This document shows, in pieces, positions 40,776 through 54,229 of a stretch of 64,000 nt of DNA (positions are counted from its first letter, which is position 1; every line of letters starts with the position of its first letter). The notes beneath the pieces were generated by a model. It had not been told where the DNA came from and did no database searches. It saw only the letters and a program-made list of their open reading frames with translations. This DNA is from Tubulanus polymorphus. Taxonomy: Eukaryota > Animalia > Nemertea. The stretch is taken from positions 21,136,950 to 21,200,949 of the forward strand of contig NC_134029.1 in the NCBI RefSeq assembly GCF_964204645.1, in the 5' to 3' direction. The translations under genes and the position numbers were made by a program.

Positions 40776-43700
40776 TTAATTATTAACGACAAGTTTCCAC
40801 TGTCCACCGCACATACAAAATCTCGCCCATCTTTGATCCCACGCTTTCAGATCGGGCGATTTCACCTGCGCGCGAATCAGCGAAATATTTCCGCACCGCG
40901 AACACTGTTTCAAACGTTCCGGGGGCGACACTCCGAGTCCGATCTGTCGTATCGAATCGCGTTTACCGACCGCCGGACTCTGACCGTCCAATACGAGGCT
41001 CGCCGATACCGGTTTAGTCATGTGATCGGGTAAATCTCCGTAGACGAATTTCACCGGCTGCTGCGCGCTAATCGTGTTTAAATGCTTTCCGTCTTGTATC
41101 ATAATCTGTTCGAGATTCGGCACCGATATTTGACTGTGCAGCAGGCAACATTCGTCGACCAACGCGTCGTCGAAATCCGAATTTCCTTCTTTCGCCGACA
41201 CCCAAACTTTAGTCAGCAATTTGAACATCGTCGACAGACAGTCGACGCTGGATGAAGTACTGAATACCGGAAGACAACTGCTGTTCACTAATCCCCACAT
41301 TCTGATGATTATCAGCAATTCGCGCAGCGTCACGAGATACGACGAGTCGTGAATGATACTCGAACCGGGGAAATTCGCGTAGTTCTGATACACGGGTATC
41401 GACGCTAGCAGATACAGCGTGAAATCAGCTACCCACTGTATCAGCTGCTGTAAAGATTGTAACGTTCCTGCGAAAAGATTTATACAAATTTTCTTTCATT
41501 CACAATCACGTATAATATTGATAAACAAACATGTGGTCAATAGCATATCCAAATTCCCTGAGTTTTCCAAGTCAGTAGCTACCCTGTAAGGGAAGTTTAA
41601 CTCACCTGGTCCAACAATGAATTCTTTAGTCTCGAGAGTCATCAACATCTGATCTAAATCGGGTTCTTGGCTTTTGCTACATAAAACGTACAGTTTCTCA
41701 CAAGGGCTCTACAAGAAATGAGTTAGAAATCAAGCATATTTCAGCAAGAGAAGAACCTGACACTGTCAAGAATCTTTCAGTGGATTCAATATACCTTGTC
41801 TTGCGTCACAAGCTGTTTAGGTCTGATGATATTTTTGAAAGTCGTAGCAACGGATGTTAATAGTAAACTGCTCAGACAATCGGAAACCTTCTGTTGACTT
41901 CCCGTCGAATATCGATATAACGAAGCTTTCAGAGCCATGAATCTGGTGAATAAAGATTCCTGCACCGATTGCGGCTGTTTCTTGAAGTTTTCGATCAAAC
42001 GCTGCAGACTTGGTTCAACTGCGCCTAGAAATTATCAATAATTCATGACAGTTGAGATTTACAACCTTAGAAATGACCTGGGGAGAGTTATTCCTTATAA
42101 CATATTACATCTAACATTTATAACATTCACTGCCAGCTTGATACGTTGCTGCCTAGAATTACCAATTGTGAATATACTTGTAAGTTGGCACTGAAGCTGT
42201 TACATAGTTAGACCAATTAGCATTGAGAATGAAGCTGATTTTGTTCATATTGCCAGCCAATCAGGAACTGTGTCATTCCTGTGTGCCAGAGAGCAAATAT
42301 CAAATAGGGAATAAGAAGGATCAGCTACATATATATTTGTAGTGTCACTAGTGACAGAATTAGAAGTATGAGTATACTCATAGCCGGAAGCAAATGTGTT
42401 AAGACCATCCTAGTTCTAAAGCCAATCTGACAACTCAAGACCAGTTTAAGATTTAGAACCACTACTGACCTGGTTTCATCAGCAGTAGAATATCCCAGTA
42501 ATCGAATCCAGTTATGATACAATACTCGAGCAATGAGATGATGTATAAATACGACACTTGTAAAGCAGGATCTCTGAGACTGATCGGTCTGAAAATGCTG
42601 ATCGAACCATACGAATCTAACGTTACGATACCGCACCCGGTGTACGTTTGATGTACCGTGCTGATCGACGGCAGAACTTTCTGTTTTTTAGTCTCGCTCT
42701 TTACGCTGACCATCACATTTTCGAACGCGTAATTATTCATGAACTGAAACGACGACTTGCCGATCAGTTTCACCGTGCGGTCTTTAAACGCGACGGCGAT
42801 ATACTGCAACGCATTCAGCGTCGGATCCATCGAACTTTGAGGAACAATCGGGAAATTAGGCATCGCTAAATCAACCGTTTCGCTATTGTAAGTCAGCGTC
42901 AATTTATGCATCCATTTTTTCGTCGAGTATTTCTTCTCAGAGTTCATGTTCGCGGCGTTTCCCGAACTGAACATTTTATGTAAACCGGTTGTGCATTCGA
43001 GTAATTTCCACAATTCTAAATACGTCGTCGAGCCGTTCCAGCAACTGACGACGGCTGTGTCGATAACGCTGCTCGATAGGAATTTTATATGCGTGACTTT
43101 CGAGACTTTCGAGTCAGACATCTTCGCGCCGGAGTCCTGCGCGCTGCGGCAGAAGAAACTCGCGTGCGATCGACAAGTGACGGTGATCGAACTGTTTTCG
43201 AATTTCAGCAGGATTCGATAAAACTGAACGGCCGACATGACGATACCATCGGTGGTCGCGACGTAAATACTGCCGTCATCGCTGAATCCGATATCGGCGT
43301 TCGCGGTCTGACAACGTACTTTATTCAAATGTTCCGTTTTAGTGATAACTTCGCGACTGCCGTTTATGTAACCAACAGAAACCTGGAAGATATTCACCAG
43401 ACAGAAACTCAGATTTATGCAGAATTATTATTGAAAGATTTAGGCAAAATTATTATCGAAAGATTTTTTAGGCAAAATTTTGATTGAAAGATTTGAGCAA
43501 AATTAGTATTGAAAGGTTTAGGTTATTGAAATCATTATTAAAGATTTAGACAAAATTATTATTGGAAGATTTAGGCAAAATTATAATTGAAATATTCAGG
43601 CAAAATTATTATTGAAAGATTTAGACAAAATCATTACTGAAATATCTAGGCAAAATTATTACTGAAAGATTTAGGCAAAATTATTATTGAAAGATTAAGG

Positions 43701-44865
43701 CAAAATTATTATCGAAATATTTAGGCAAAATCATTATCGAAATATTTAGGCAAAATTAGTATTGAAATATTTAGGCAAAATTAGTATTAAAAGATTTAGG
43801 CAAAACTAATATTGTAAGATCTGATTAATGTTAAACGTACCAAGCCTGTAGCGGTAACAGCAATCCAGCCTTCTGCTGCTCCTCCACCAAACTGACTTAC
43901 AGATGGTGCAAATTTAACTCTAGTATACTTCTCAGTATAAAACAAGCTGTCCCTTTTGTCGGCCAAAAATTGATGCTGAAATTGAAATAAAATTTAAGAC
44001 CGAACTATTATCAATAACGATCCATTAAGGATAATAGATGGGTCATAGTTTCATGAATTTAATTTAAACATAATCTTTTTTTCGTCATACCTGTACTCCA
44101 GTGTGTAACCAAGCAATTGCTAAAAACTCTTCTCCCTTCAAACTAGCAGAACTCTCCATACACCAATCATTCAATAAGAAATCCTATGAATCATACAAAA
44201 AAGAGGACGTATTTTTATTCTCTAGGGGTCATTGAAAGTCAGATTAGGCCTTTTTTCTTGATAACTAGGATGAAAGATTTTTTACCGCCACAATTTCAGG
44301 CGAAGGAAAAAAATTCAAGATTTTTTTTCTTTCATCAATTCAAAAATTTCCATCAGCAGAGCTGTAATCAAAGTTACTAATAGATGCCTTATGTCAATGG
44401 TCCAAATACTATTAGGCCTATCGGTACATTGCCTACCTTCATGATCCAAACTTGCACGGTGCCTTGTCCACCGGCGACTAATAAGCGAGTTCCAGAAGGA
44501 TCCCATTGTAAGCAATCAATCGTATCGTCGCTATTCGTCACAAGGAATACATCCCATGGTTTGTCGAGATCGCAAACATACAGGTAGAACTGAACCTCAT
44601 AACTGCCTTTCTTCTTGCTGGAAAGAAAAGACTAGAGGTTATATGTTGATATGACAAAGCTTTATGATTCAGTCTACTCAAACTCATAAATCAAATTCAT
44701 TTACCCAATTCCTCCAGATTTCTGTTTGATGACTGCCGACCCCAAAATCTGCATTGAGCAAAACGCAACAACGTTACGGCAAGATATACTCATCGCAGTA
44801 CATTCATCTGTCATCCAATCTCGTTTATCTAAACCTTCTTTACTAACTGTGTATAACAAATCCAT
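40776..44865 (-). CDS. MED16: Mediator of RNA polymerase II transcription subunit 16 (about 8 exons)
   Basis: The N-terminus reads MDLLYTV..SISCRNVVAF and is followed by a WD40-like region (WDPSGTRLLV, VKFAPSVSQFGG..AEGWIAVTATGLV). Later motifs are LLEYCIITGFDYWD and LQSLQQLIQWVADF. The C-terminus is a zinc ribbon, KQCSRC...WDQRWARFCMCGGQW. Confidence 0.95.
43411..43820. repeat. 25-bp minisatellite, about 16 copies, in a MED16 intron
   Basis: The unit AATTATTATTGAAAGATTTAGGCAA recurs with small variants throughout the intron 43384-43840. Confidence 0.95.
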
Positions 44866-45303
44866 TTTAATACCGGATAAATAATGAAAATTGAAAAAAA
44901 TAAATCAACCGGAAATTCTCCACAGATACTTCATTTACAAGTTTGGCTCCGACTTCAATTAGGATGGCTCCGAGATTACGAAAATCAAGAAATGCCGATA
45001 TTCTCAAGGTCGTAGGCACTGTACGTTTTATTTTGTTTCATTTTTGAAGAAATTGACATGTTCTATCCAAGTAAGTTTGCCAAAACGCATTTAAAGAATT
45101 CACCTCAGTAGAAATATTGCCCGCGGATCTGCTTGTATATATTTCATGACTTAATAGTAATTGATTAATAGAAGAGTAATCAATTTTGACTTACCATTAA
45201 AATCCCGTACCGGAGCCAGTTTGTTATAATAATGTTAAACTTCTCGTTTTAGAATAATATCCTAAGGTCCTATAGGATATAAGAGAGAGAGGATATATAG
45301 TAA
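44866..45303. promoter_or_regulatory. Probable bidirectional promoter MED16 / POLR3G
   Basis: The two divergent start codons are only about 440 bp apart. CCGGAA ETS-like motifs lie near 44870-44915. A possible 5'-UTR donor caa|gtaagt at 45071 serves the + gene. Confidence 0.6.
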
Positions 45304-46521
45304 ATGGCCGGTCGTGGAGGAAGAGGGAGAGGTCGCTCATCCCTGTCATTCAATATTGAATCTCTTGGATTTGGTAGAGGGGAAGCATTGCCAGTGACAA
45401 CATTACAGCCTCCACCACTTTATCCAGTAAGTAAAAAAGTAGATTTTGGTCTCCTGGGCCTGCCCTGCTAAATTGTCAGTAAAACTTCTATCATATTATT
45501 CATTGCATTTTTATAATGCCTCTTTGTATTGTAGCCGACAGAATTCAAACCCGTTCCACTGACTGAGAGCGAAGAGAATGCGTACCTTCTGGCGTTAAAG
45601 CAAGAATTCCGCGGTGGAATAAGAGAGTCGCCGTTCTTTATTAAACCTCTTGAAAAGAAGAAAGACATAATTCGTTACACCGATAAATATCAACAAAACT
45701 CGGACAATACGATTAATTGGAAACCTGGTAAATTGACTGACGGAAAAAAGCCCAACGCGTATGATGCAGGGAAACAGGGAAATGTAGAAACAGGATGGAA
45801 TCAAACATGATTGATCTTTGAAGCTTTGTTACCTGAAATCATGTTTCTCGTTTTTTTTTGTAAATGGGCACAACTCGGGAAAATGCTCAGAATCATATTT
45901 CTCTCAGTTTCCATGTTTCCATGTATGCTGTGCGTGGGGCGAAACCTCTCTTCAAGGAACGTGACTGTGTCATATTTCTTTTTTTAATTCCAGATTGGAG
46001 ATTTTTTCCGCCAGAACTAAAGATTCAAACTCGTAAAGCGGCGAAAATAAAGGCCACGTTTAAACCGAAAATTCCTCAAAGAAATCTTGCAGTGGACGAG
46101 TCCTTAGTTAAAACGTTGGAGGTAATTGTATGAAAAATTGCGAAATGTCTCTTAATGTACCCGTCATTTCTGAATTAACCGGTAATCTTTCTATGTAGGA
46201 ACTTGAGCAAAAAGAAGTAGAAGGTGCCGACGAAGAAGAGGAGACGGAGAAGGCAAAAGAAGAGGAAAATGAAGATGAAGTAGAGGATGAAGAATATTTT
46301 GAAGAAGATGATTTAGAGGAAGTGAGTGAAAAAGAAAATCGTGAAATCTTTTTATGGCACAATTTTTAGTAAATATCCAAATAAAAGCGATACATTTACC
46401 GTATTTTCCATTATTGTTCTATTTGCAGGAAACTGACTACAATTTGAATTATTTCGATAATGGTGAGAATTATGGTATGGATGATGAAGATGATGGTTTA
46501 GATGAGGGTGCTATCTATTGA
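45304..46521 (+). CDS. POLR3GL: RNA polymerase III subunit RPC7 (POLR3G/POLR3GL). Exons 45304-45426, 45535-45727, 45994-46121, 46199-46321, 46429-46521
   Basis: MAGRGGRGRG..SFNIESLGFGRGEALP..LQPPPLYP, DIIRYTDKY and DWRFFPPEL are present, with an acidic tail ending DYNLNYFDNGENYG...EGAIY. Confidence 0.93.
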
Positions 46522-48061
46522 ATGATAACTCAAACCATGGCATTTGTTTTCGAATGAAATGTTTTTTAAGCGTCGATTACATTTATTAAGAATTTTTCCA
46601 ATATTTGGGATATAAATAAAGATTTAACTTTTCACGTAAAAGTTGTTTGTTAGTCTTTAACTGGCTTTATGTTTCACTAAGCGGGACGACCCGCTTTTTG
46701 ACAACCTGCTTTTTTAAGTACATCAAGAAGGTTATTCCGTTTGAGTTTTGTTTTCGAACTTGCGTTGAGGATCTTTTAAAACCTTTTGGAACGGCATAAC
46801 TAATGTTTATATTGTGTCGGGCGTTGTTTAATCGGTCGAATTCGATCTAGTCGGGAAAGTGGACTTCTTCATTCTAGGAATAATAACGCGTACTATCGAT
46901 CATTGATCGCATTCAAATGCCGAGCAGCGAATAGACCAATGCAGTACCGTAATTACAGTGCAGTTACAGTACGCACATGTACAACGCAGCGTCGTCGACT
47001 GTTTTCGTGTTTTTCAATACGCCGTATTTAGGTACGTAGATTCATGTCTAGAATCAATTAGAAATTCGAAAGCGTTTTCAGAGTCTACGGTAGATTTGAT
47101 TAACTTTTTGATGCGCGGCAAATGTTGGCGTAGACGTAGATCGGTAGATTATCTGGGTACCGCTCCCAAACGTCATCTGCATAAAGTTCATTGTAGAAAA
47201 AGGTTTGAGTCCTGGGAAAATGGTGCATAAGCAACGGTATGAAAAAAAACAGTGATCAGGATTTTATACACTTGATTTAGAATATTTTTTTGAAGCAGGA
47301 AATAATTATACGTAAATTCAAAAACCAGTATCGTAAACTAGACGCAGCATACGTAAATTGTCGAGGAGCGATTTTACAGGAAAAACTCTGCTGTTCATTG
47401 CCTAAATTATCTTTGCAAAATATCCATGATAAATTGATTAATTATTTTCATGAAGGTACGTGACTGCTTTATTTGTAACCTACTTTTGGAACCTGATATG
47501 ACACTGCTTGATTATAAATTATCAGGTATACCGGTAAGTTCTATAACTACAGAATTACAAAAGTCCTTGGCATTTGGTATAAACGAACAGCGAACAATCT
47601 TTTCGACACGAATAGATAATCTAACACTGGTTTTCGTTAACCCCGACCATGATGTGGTTGTTGAACGCATTCAGAGTTCCACTCGGGGCCGTGGTTTTCA
47701 CGACTGGTCGATCTTCAAAAACCACCCTTCAGACGATTACACCATAGACTCGAAATCGTTTTAGAATCCCTGATTACACCAACCACTATACTTGATTAAT
47801 CGAAAGTCAGAATACATGTACGGGCATATTGACTCGCAGTTCTAGCCTGTGAATTGTTCAGGTTCTGGCCTGTGACTCATTCTTGCAAGGCCCGTGCGGC
47901 AAATGAAAGAAGTTGCTCACGCCAGGCCTTTTTGATCCCTTCTGCGTGATTGTGATCGAGTCATCGGTTACAGTTTATGTTTTATACCAAAACGAGACGT
48001 TATCGCCTGATTTTTTGGACTCCAAATGTACCTCTGATTTTGTTTTAATTGAAGACAAACC

Positions 48062-49395
48062 ATGGAGCAGTTGCCAACCAAGACGTTGGCGAATGATCTT
48101 TATCCGAGACCAATTGAATATGTCAACGACGTACCTATAAACTTGGAATATCACAGTAAAGAACGTATCAATGAAATTATGAACGTGGAATTCAGATCGG
48201 ATGATATAATCGTGGCGACCTATCCCAAAGCAGGTAATATAACTGAACCACTGCTGAAGAAAGTTTTCGACTATCTTCTCTGCAAATTTTGACAATTAAA
48301 ACATCAAATCAGTTTATAAATCCATGGTTTGTATTAGAAATATTGAAAAGAAAATACAGGACGCGGGGGCGGATACAGGGGGTGGGTTCTGAGGTCCCGG
48401 AACTTCGTTGAGCTTTGCCCGTGCCCTCTGAGATGCTCCTCAATCCATGGGAATGGCATAAAAGTGCTCTTATTGTTTGGTATGATTTAGTGTAGCAAGT
48501 GGCCCTGAAGACCGAAGGTTTGATGCAAAGTGATGCAATGATATTCTACAATGATTTATCATTTAAAGCCCAAAACAAGTGCATAGATGAAATTTGGATA
48601 CGCTATACTCAAATCTTACAACTTGTTTTATTTTTACTCGTTAAAGGAACAACGATGACTCAAGAAATAACGTGGCTTGTTATGAATAATGGAGACGTAG
48701 AGGCCGCGAAACAAGAATATATAGCTGCGCGAATACCGTTCCTTGAGTTCACTCCACCCGTCAGCAGTAAGATCTCCGGACAAGACGATTGCACATCAAT
48801 GAACCTGTTTCTAGAGCAAAATTCTCCTCGATTGTGCAAGGTTCATTTACCTTGGAATCTAGGGCCAAGTAGAGCTGTCGATGAATTTAATGCTAAATTA
48901 ATTTACGTCATGAGAAATCCTAAAGATACAGCCGTATCTAACTTTTATTTCGCGCAGTCCTTTGAGTTAAATCCATACAGAGGTTCATTTTCCGATTTTC
49001 TCAAAGTCTACCTGGCCCCAGACATGGATTACGGCCCTATATTCGATCATTATTTGGGTTATTGGAACGAGCGTCATAGAGAAAATATCCTTATTCTATA
49101 TTACGAAGATTTGGTTCACGATCACAGAGCACAAGTTGTAAAGATCGCTAAATTTCTACAGAAAGATTTAACGGATGAAGTCGTAGATAGAATCGTAGCA
49201 TCGACCAGATTCAAATCTATGAAAGAGAATCCTATGACTAATTATGCGTATGATGGACCGGTGAGGCCCAATGCCACACCTTTTATGCGCAAAGGTGAAG
49301 CGGGTGATTGGAAGAACCACTTTACTGCGGAAGAAGCAGAACTCTATGATCGTCTGATCGCCGAAAAGCTGACATCTGTTGGTATAAAATACTAA
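48062..49395 (+). CDS. Cytosolic sulfotransferase, copy 1 (exons 48062-48233, 48647-49395)
   Basis: The 5'-PSB loop is TYPKA|GTTM, the catalytic His is in KVHLP, the 3'-PB is RNPKDTAVS, and YYEDL and FMRKGEAGDWKNHFT are present. A phase-1 intron falls inside the P-loop Gly codon. Confidence 0.93.
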
Positions 49396-49841
49396 GTCAT
49401 TTTAGTCTGAATAACAGCCATTTGAAAAGTATTTAGCGAATGGGATAAATTCCATTTCGATAGATATGATCGTTAAATAGCAATATTCGATTTTTATTTT
49501 ACATATATGCATACTGTTCGTCCGTTTTTGTGATTTATTATAATTGATAAATAATAAATATTTGTGACAAAACGAATTTTTACCTGCGCTTTCCATTGAG
49601 GCTGATTTATCCAGGATATCTACCTTTCTATGATTAAGTGTCGTAGATTCGTTTTATATTGCCTATGAAAAAAAAACTGCGACACAATCAATGTCACAGT
49701 TGGAAGTTTACTATAATCATACGTGTTCAAATATATCCTATATAGGAATGCTCACAACAAAGGAGAGGTAAGTTCGTTTAAAACGGGGAAAAATTAACTT
49801 TTGATGTATAACGAAGTAGGACGTTGGTTAAAATTTCAAGC

Positions 49842-50835
49842 ATGGAATCAAGGTTTCAAGTGAGTGAACTATGGCCTCGGCCGATTGAAATTGTACATGG
49901 CTGTCCGTTAGATATGGATATTCACAACAAAGAACTTCTTGATGAAATATGGTGAACCAGGGAAGATGATGTCATAATAGCGTCGTCTCCAAAAGCAGGT
50001 AAACTTTTCTTGTTGATTGGCAGCCATCAGAATACAGAGCATGAGTGATTCGATACGGGATAGGGTATCTTACAGCAGATTTTGGCGTTTTTCACTCGTC
50101 TGATAGAATGTACTATGATTTTTGATAGGGACAACGACGACACGAGATAACGTGGTTACTAGTGAATCACGGAGACGTTGAGGCTGTGAGTGAAGAATAT
50201 ACAGAAGCGCTGGTGCTATACTTAAAGCAAACCCGACTTATCAGTAGTAAGATATACGGTGGAAACAATCACAACTCAATTGACCTTTATTTAAAAAAGC
50301 AAAGTCCTCCTCGAACGTCCAAGGTCCATTTTACCTTTGAATTCAGGCCTTGGTCGAGCCGTTGAAAAAATTCAATTCAAAATTGATCTATGTCATGGGA
50401 AATCCTAAAGATGATATCGTGTCCTTAGTCCTTTGTCTAAAAGTCTATTTGGGTCCGGACATAGCATACGGAAATATTTTCGATCATTATTTGGGTTATT
50501 GGAATGAGCGCCATAGAAAATATCCTCATTCTATATTACGAAGATCTGGTTCACGATCACAGAGCACTATAAGTTGTGAAGATGGCTGAATTTCTTAAGA
50601 AAAAGATCTAACCGATGAAGTCATAGATAGAATCGTAGAAGCGATCAAATTCAAATTCATGAAAGCGAATCCTATGACAAACTATGAATTTGATAGACCT
50701 TTTAGAACGGGGACAACACCATTTATGCGCAAAGGTGAAACGGGTGATTGCGAAAACTACTTTACTGCGGAAGAAGTAGAACTCTTTGATCGTCTGATCG
50801 CCGAGAAGCTGATATCTGTTGGTATTAAATACTAG
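49842..50835 (+). pseudogene. Sulfotransferase copy 2, pseudogene (sister of copy 3)
   Basis: It aligns to copy 3 (MESRFQ..WPRPIEIVHGCPLDMDIH; NYEFDRP) but has several frameshifts (about 49950, 50145, 50520, 50600), a deletion of about 16 codons after RNPKD-VS, and the changes R>G in RNPKD and W>C in GDW. Confidence 0.9.
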
Positions 50836-51408
50836 ATATCAAAGAAATATTGCATCGGTGCATTGTAGTACAAATATCAACGATTTGAACATGTAACTTG
50901 TGAACAATGTGAACAATATCATTTCAAGTCAAAGTTTGTGAAAACATTCAATTCTCGTCGCAGAGCACATTAAGTACATGTAAATCCAGCTGTATAATTT
51001 GTAATACATATAAGTTAATACTTATGCACAAACACTTGCGCATATCGTTAAAACGGTGTTTGGTTTTCTGTGGTTCAAAATGTCCATTCGTATACTTTGT
51101 GATTAATAATAAATAGGTTTGACTTTCGACAAAAACGAATTTTTTGTTTGTTTCGGTGAGTCAAGAGTTTTTCAAGTGGATATCTACGTTCCTATGGTTA
51201 TGTGTCGTCATTAATTTAGGCTATAAAGAATATTGCGACACAATCAATATCACAGTTTTAAAGTTTACCATAATCATAAAGCACTGGTGCGCGATTAAGG
51301 AAAGGTAAGATTGTCGTAAAAAGTGAAAACCATGAAATTACAGTCGGACATTCGTTTAAATTTGTGTCATCACCTGCATCCCACATAGGTTTTGATACGT
51401 ACCGCACG

Positions 51409-52796
51409 ATGGAATCAAAGTTTCAAGATCATGTAGAACTATGGCCTCGGCCGATTGAAATTATACACGGCTGTCCGTTAGATATGGATATTCACAGCAA
51501 AGAACTCATTGATGAGATAATGAACTTAGAATTCAGGGAAGATGATGTAATTGTTGCCACGTATCCCAAAGCAGGTAAACGTAATAATGAATTCAGGCAC
51601 GGGTCCAGGATTTTTTCCAGGAGGGGGTTCATAAAGAATGTTAATGTTAAACCGCCGACTTAAATCTCTGACAGGGGGCCTATACTGCATATTGTTTGGC
51701 CAAACATAAGATGATATGTTACCGATTATGTAATACTGTTCGCCCACTTTTTCTTGAGTACATTCCTTCAAGAAAGCGATTGAAAATGTTTTTGGCAGCT
51801 GAGATGGGGGGAGGCGGTGTCACGACCCCTGAAAAACCCCCCTGGATCCGCGCCTGGACTTACCCACTAGCGCACGGTATTAAGGAGTGTGACTCCTTAA
51901 TATTGCACAATATAGCCGTTAGCATATACACATGCATTGAAAAATTGGAAGCGTAAAATCTATAGTAATTTTGAACGAGACTGGAAATTTCTCAAAACAC
52001 ATATGTAGTACGCTCATGTCTGATGGGGTGAACTTTGATTTTCAAAGGGACGACGATGACACAAGAAATAACGTGGCTTGTTATGAATAATGGAGACGTC
52101 GATGCTGCCAGTAAAGAATATATTGTAGCCCGAGTACCGTTCCTTGAGTACACTCGTCTAGTCAGCAGTAAAATATATGGAGGAAACGATCACAAATCAA
52201 TTGATTTATTCAAAAAGAAAAGTTCTCCTCGGATGTGTAAGATACATTTACCTTGGAACCTAGGCGCGGGTCGAGCTGTTAAGGAATTTAACTCCAAATT
52301 GATCTATGTCATGAGAAATCCGAAGGATAATGTCGTGTCTTATTTTCATTTCTCACAATCTTTCTTCAAAATCCCTTTCAGCGGTTCTTTTACCGATTTT
52401 CTAAAAGTCTATTTGGGTCCAACGATGGGCTTCGGAAATATATTTGATCATTATTTGGGTTATTGGAAGGAGCGCCATAGAGAAAATGTCCTTATTCTAT
52501 ATTACGAAGATTTGGTTCACGATCACAGAGCACAAGTTGTAAAGATCGCTAAATTTCTCCAGAAAGAATTAACTGATGAAGTCATAGATAGAATCGTAGA
52601 AGCGACCAAATTCAAATCTATGAAAAAGAATCCTATGACAAACTATGAATTTGATAGACCTGTTAGACCAGGGACTACACCATTTATGCGCAAAGGTGAA
52701 ACGGGTGATTGGAAAAACCACTTTTCAGTGGAAGAAGCAGAAATCTTTGATAATCTGATCGCTGAGAAACTGACATCTGTCGGTATAGAATACTAA
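51409..52796 (+). CDS. Cytosolic sulfotransferase, copy 3 (exons 51409-51574, 52048-52796)
   Basis: TYPKA|GTTM, KIHLP, RNPKDNVVS, YYEDL and RKGETGDWK are present, and the frame is intact. Confidence 0.93.
51594..51856. mobile_element. GCGGATCCAGG-type TIR element in the SULT copy 3 intron
   Basis: caggcacgggtccagg pairs with cctggatccgcgcctg (16 bp, 3 mismatches). The element accounts for most of the extra length of this intron. A partial relative starts at about 48365 in the copy 1 intron. Confidence 0.75.
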
Positions 52797-54229
52797 ATAT
52801 TTGTCAAATTTCATACGTCAATTACTGTGTAATTTGTGGTGAATAATAAATAAGTTTGATTTCTGAAAATGAGATTACAGGAGTTCTAAATTCTTCCTCT
52901 GATGAGATGGATCTCTGCGCGCACGAATGCTCATAAGTGGGTGATAGATTTTTCAGTGTGCTCGTCGTAATCTTCAGTGTCTCTTATATGTGTCAGTGTC
53001 CTCATCAAACATAACTGTATCACAAACCTATAACGATCGCTATTCTTTCTAAAGTTCACAATCCTTGTTGTAGATCCTTAAAAAACAAATCCTCGATACT
53101 GCACCAGCAAAGAGGTAACCCTTTCTAGAAAAGAAACATTTACGAATTTGAGAGAATTTTCGCGACATCCGTTTGTCACAAATGCGTAAATTAATTGTTT
53201 GATTGATAACAAAAACGATTCGGATTCTATCACAAAATGGAGTTTTTAACTTGCTCTTTCTTGAACGACGTGTATTTCTGTTGACGATATTATACTGATA
53301 CACATACGTTAAGATCTGTTTATTAGGTCAACATTTCTTTCATTAATACATTGCCCACAATTTAATGAAATACAACCTGACAATCACTGTATTCAGGTCT
53401 ACTGTCATGAAATATTTTAATGCACACGTAGGCGTGATGTTGATAGGGCCCTTCTTCAAAATTAAACAAAGCGGTTGATGATTATAGGATGGAACGAAAA
53501 TTAAAACCGTGGAATCGAGTGATGGAATTCATATATGGCTGTCCTTTGAATATGAACAACGCAGGAACAACGATGACACAAGAAATAACGTGGTTGGTGA
53601 TGAATAATGGTGACGCGGAAGCTGCTAAACGGGAATATATCGCGGTACGGATCCCGTTTTTGGAGTACACACGGCTGATTCATAGTAAGGCATATGGTAA
53701 AAAGTACACGTCGCTGGAATTGTTCCTGCAACAAAGTTCTCCTCGAATGGGTAAATTCCATTTACCCTGGTATCTAGGCCCCGGTCGTGCTGTAGATAAA
53801 TTTCATTCTAGATTGATTTACGTCATGAAAAATCCTAAAGATACAGCCGTCTCATACTTTTATTTCGCGCAGTCCTTTCCAAAACCATACACCGGGCCAT
53901 TCTCCGATTTTCTCAAAGTTTATCTGGCCCCAGACATGGGCAACGGAAATATATTCGATCATTATTTGGGTTATTGGAAGGAGCGCCATAGAGAAAATAT
54001 CCTCATTCTATACTACGAAGATTTGGTTCACGATCACAGAGCACAAGTTGTAAAGATCGCTAAATTTCTACAGAAAGAATTAACTGATGAAGTCATAGAT
54101 AGAATCGTAGAAGCGACATCTTTCAAATCTATGAAAGAGAATCCTATGGTACAATTTTCATTTGACGAGCCTCCCAGGCCAGACGCACCACCATTTTTTC
54201 GCAAAGGTGAAACGGGTGATTGGAGAAAC

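Noticed and set aside
43411-43820. Regular 25-bp repeats resembling a CRISPR array
   Set aside because: They are head-to-tail repeats with no unique spacers, inside a eukaryotic intron, with no cas genes.
47450-47764. 104-aa ORF upstream of SULT copy 1
   Set aside because: It has no recognisable domain and lies in the probable 5'-UTR intron of copy 1.
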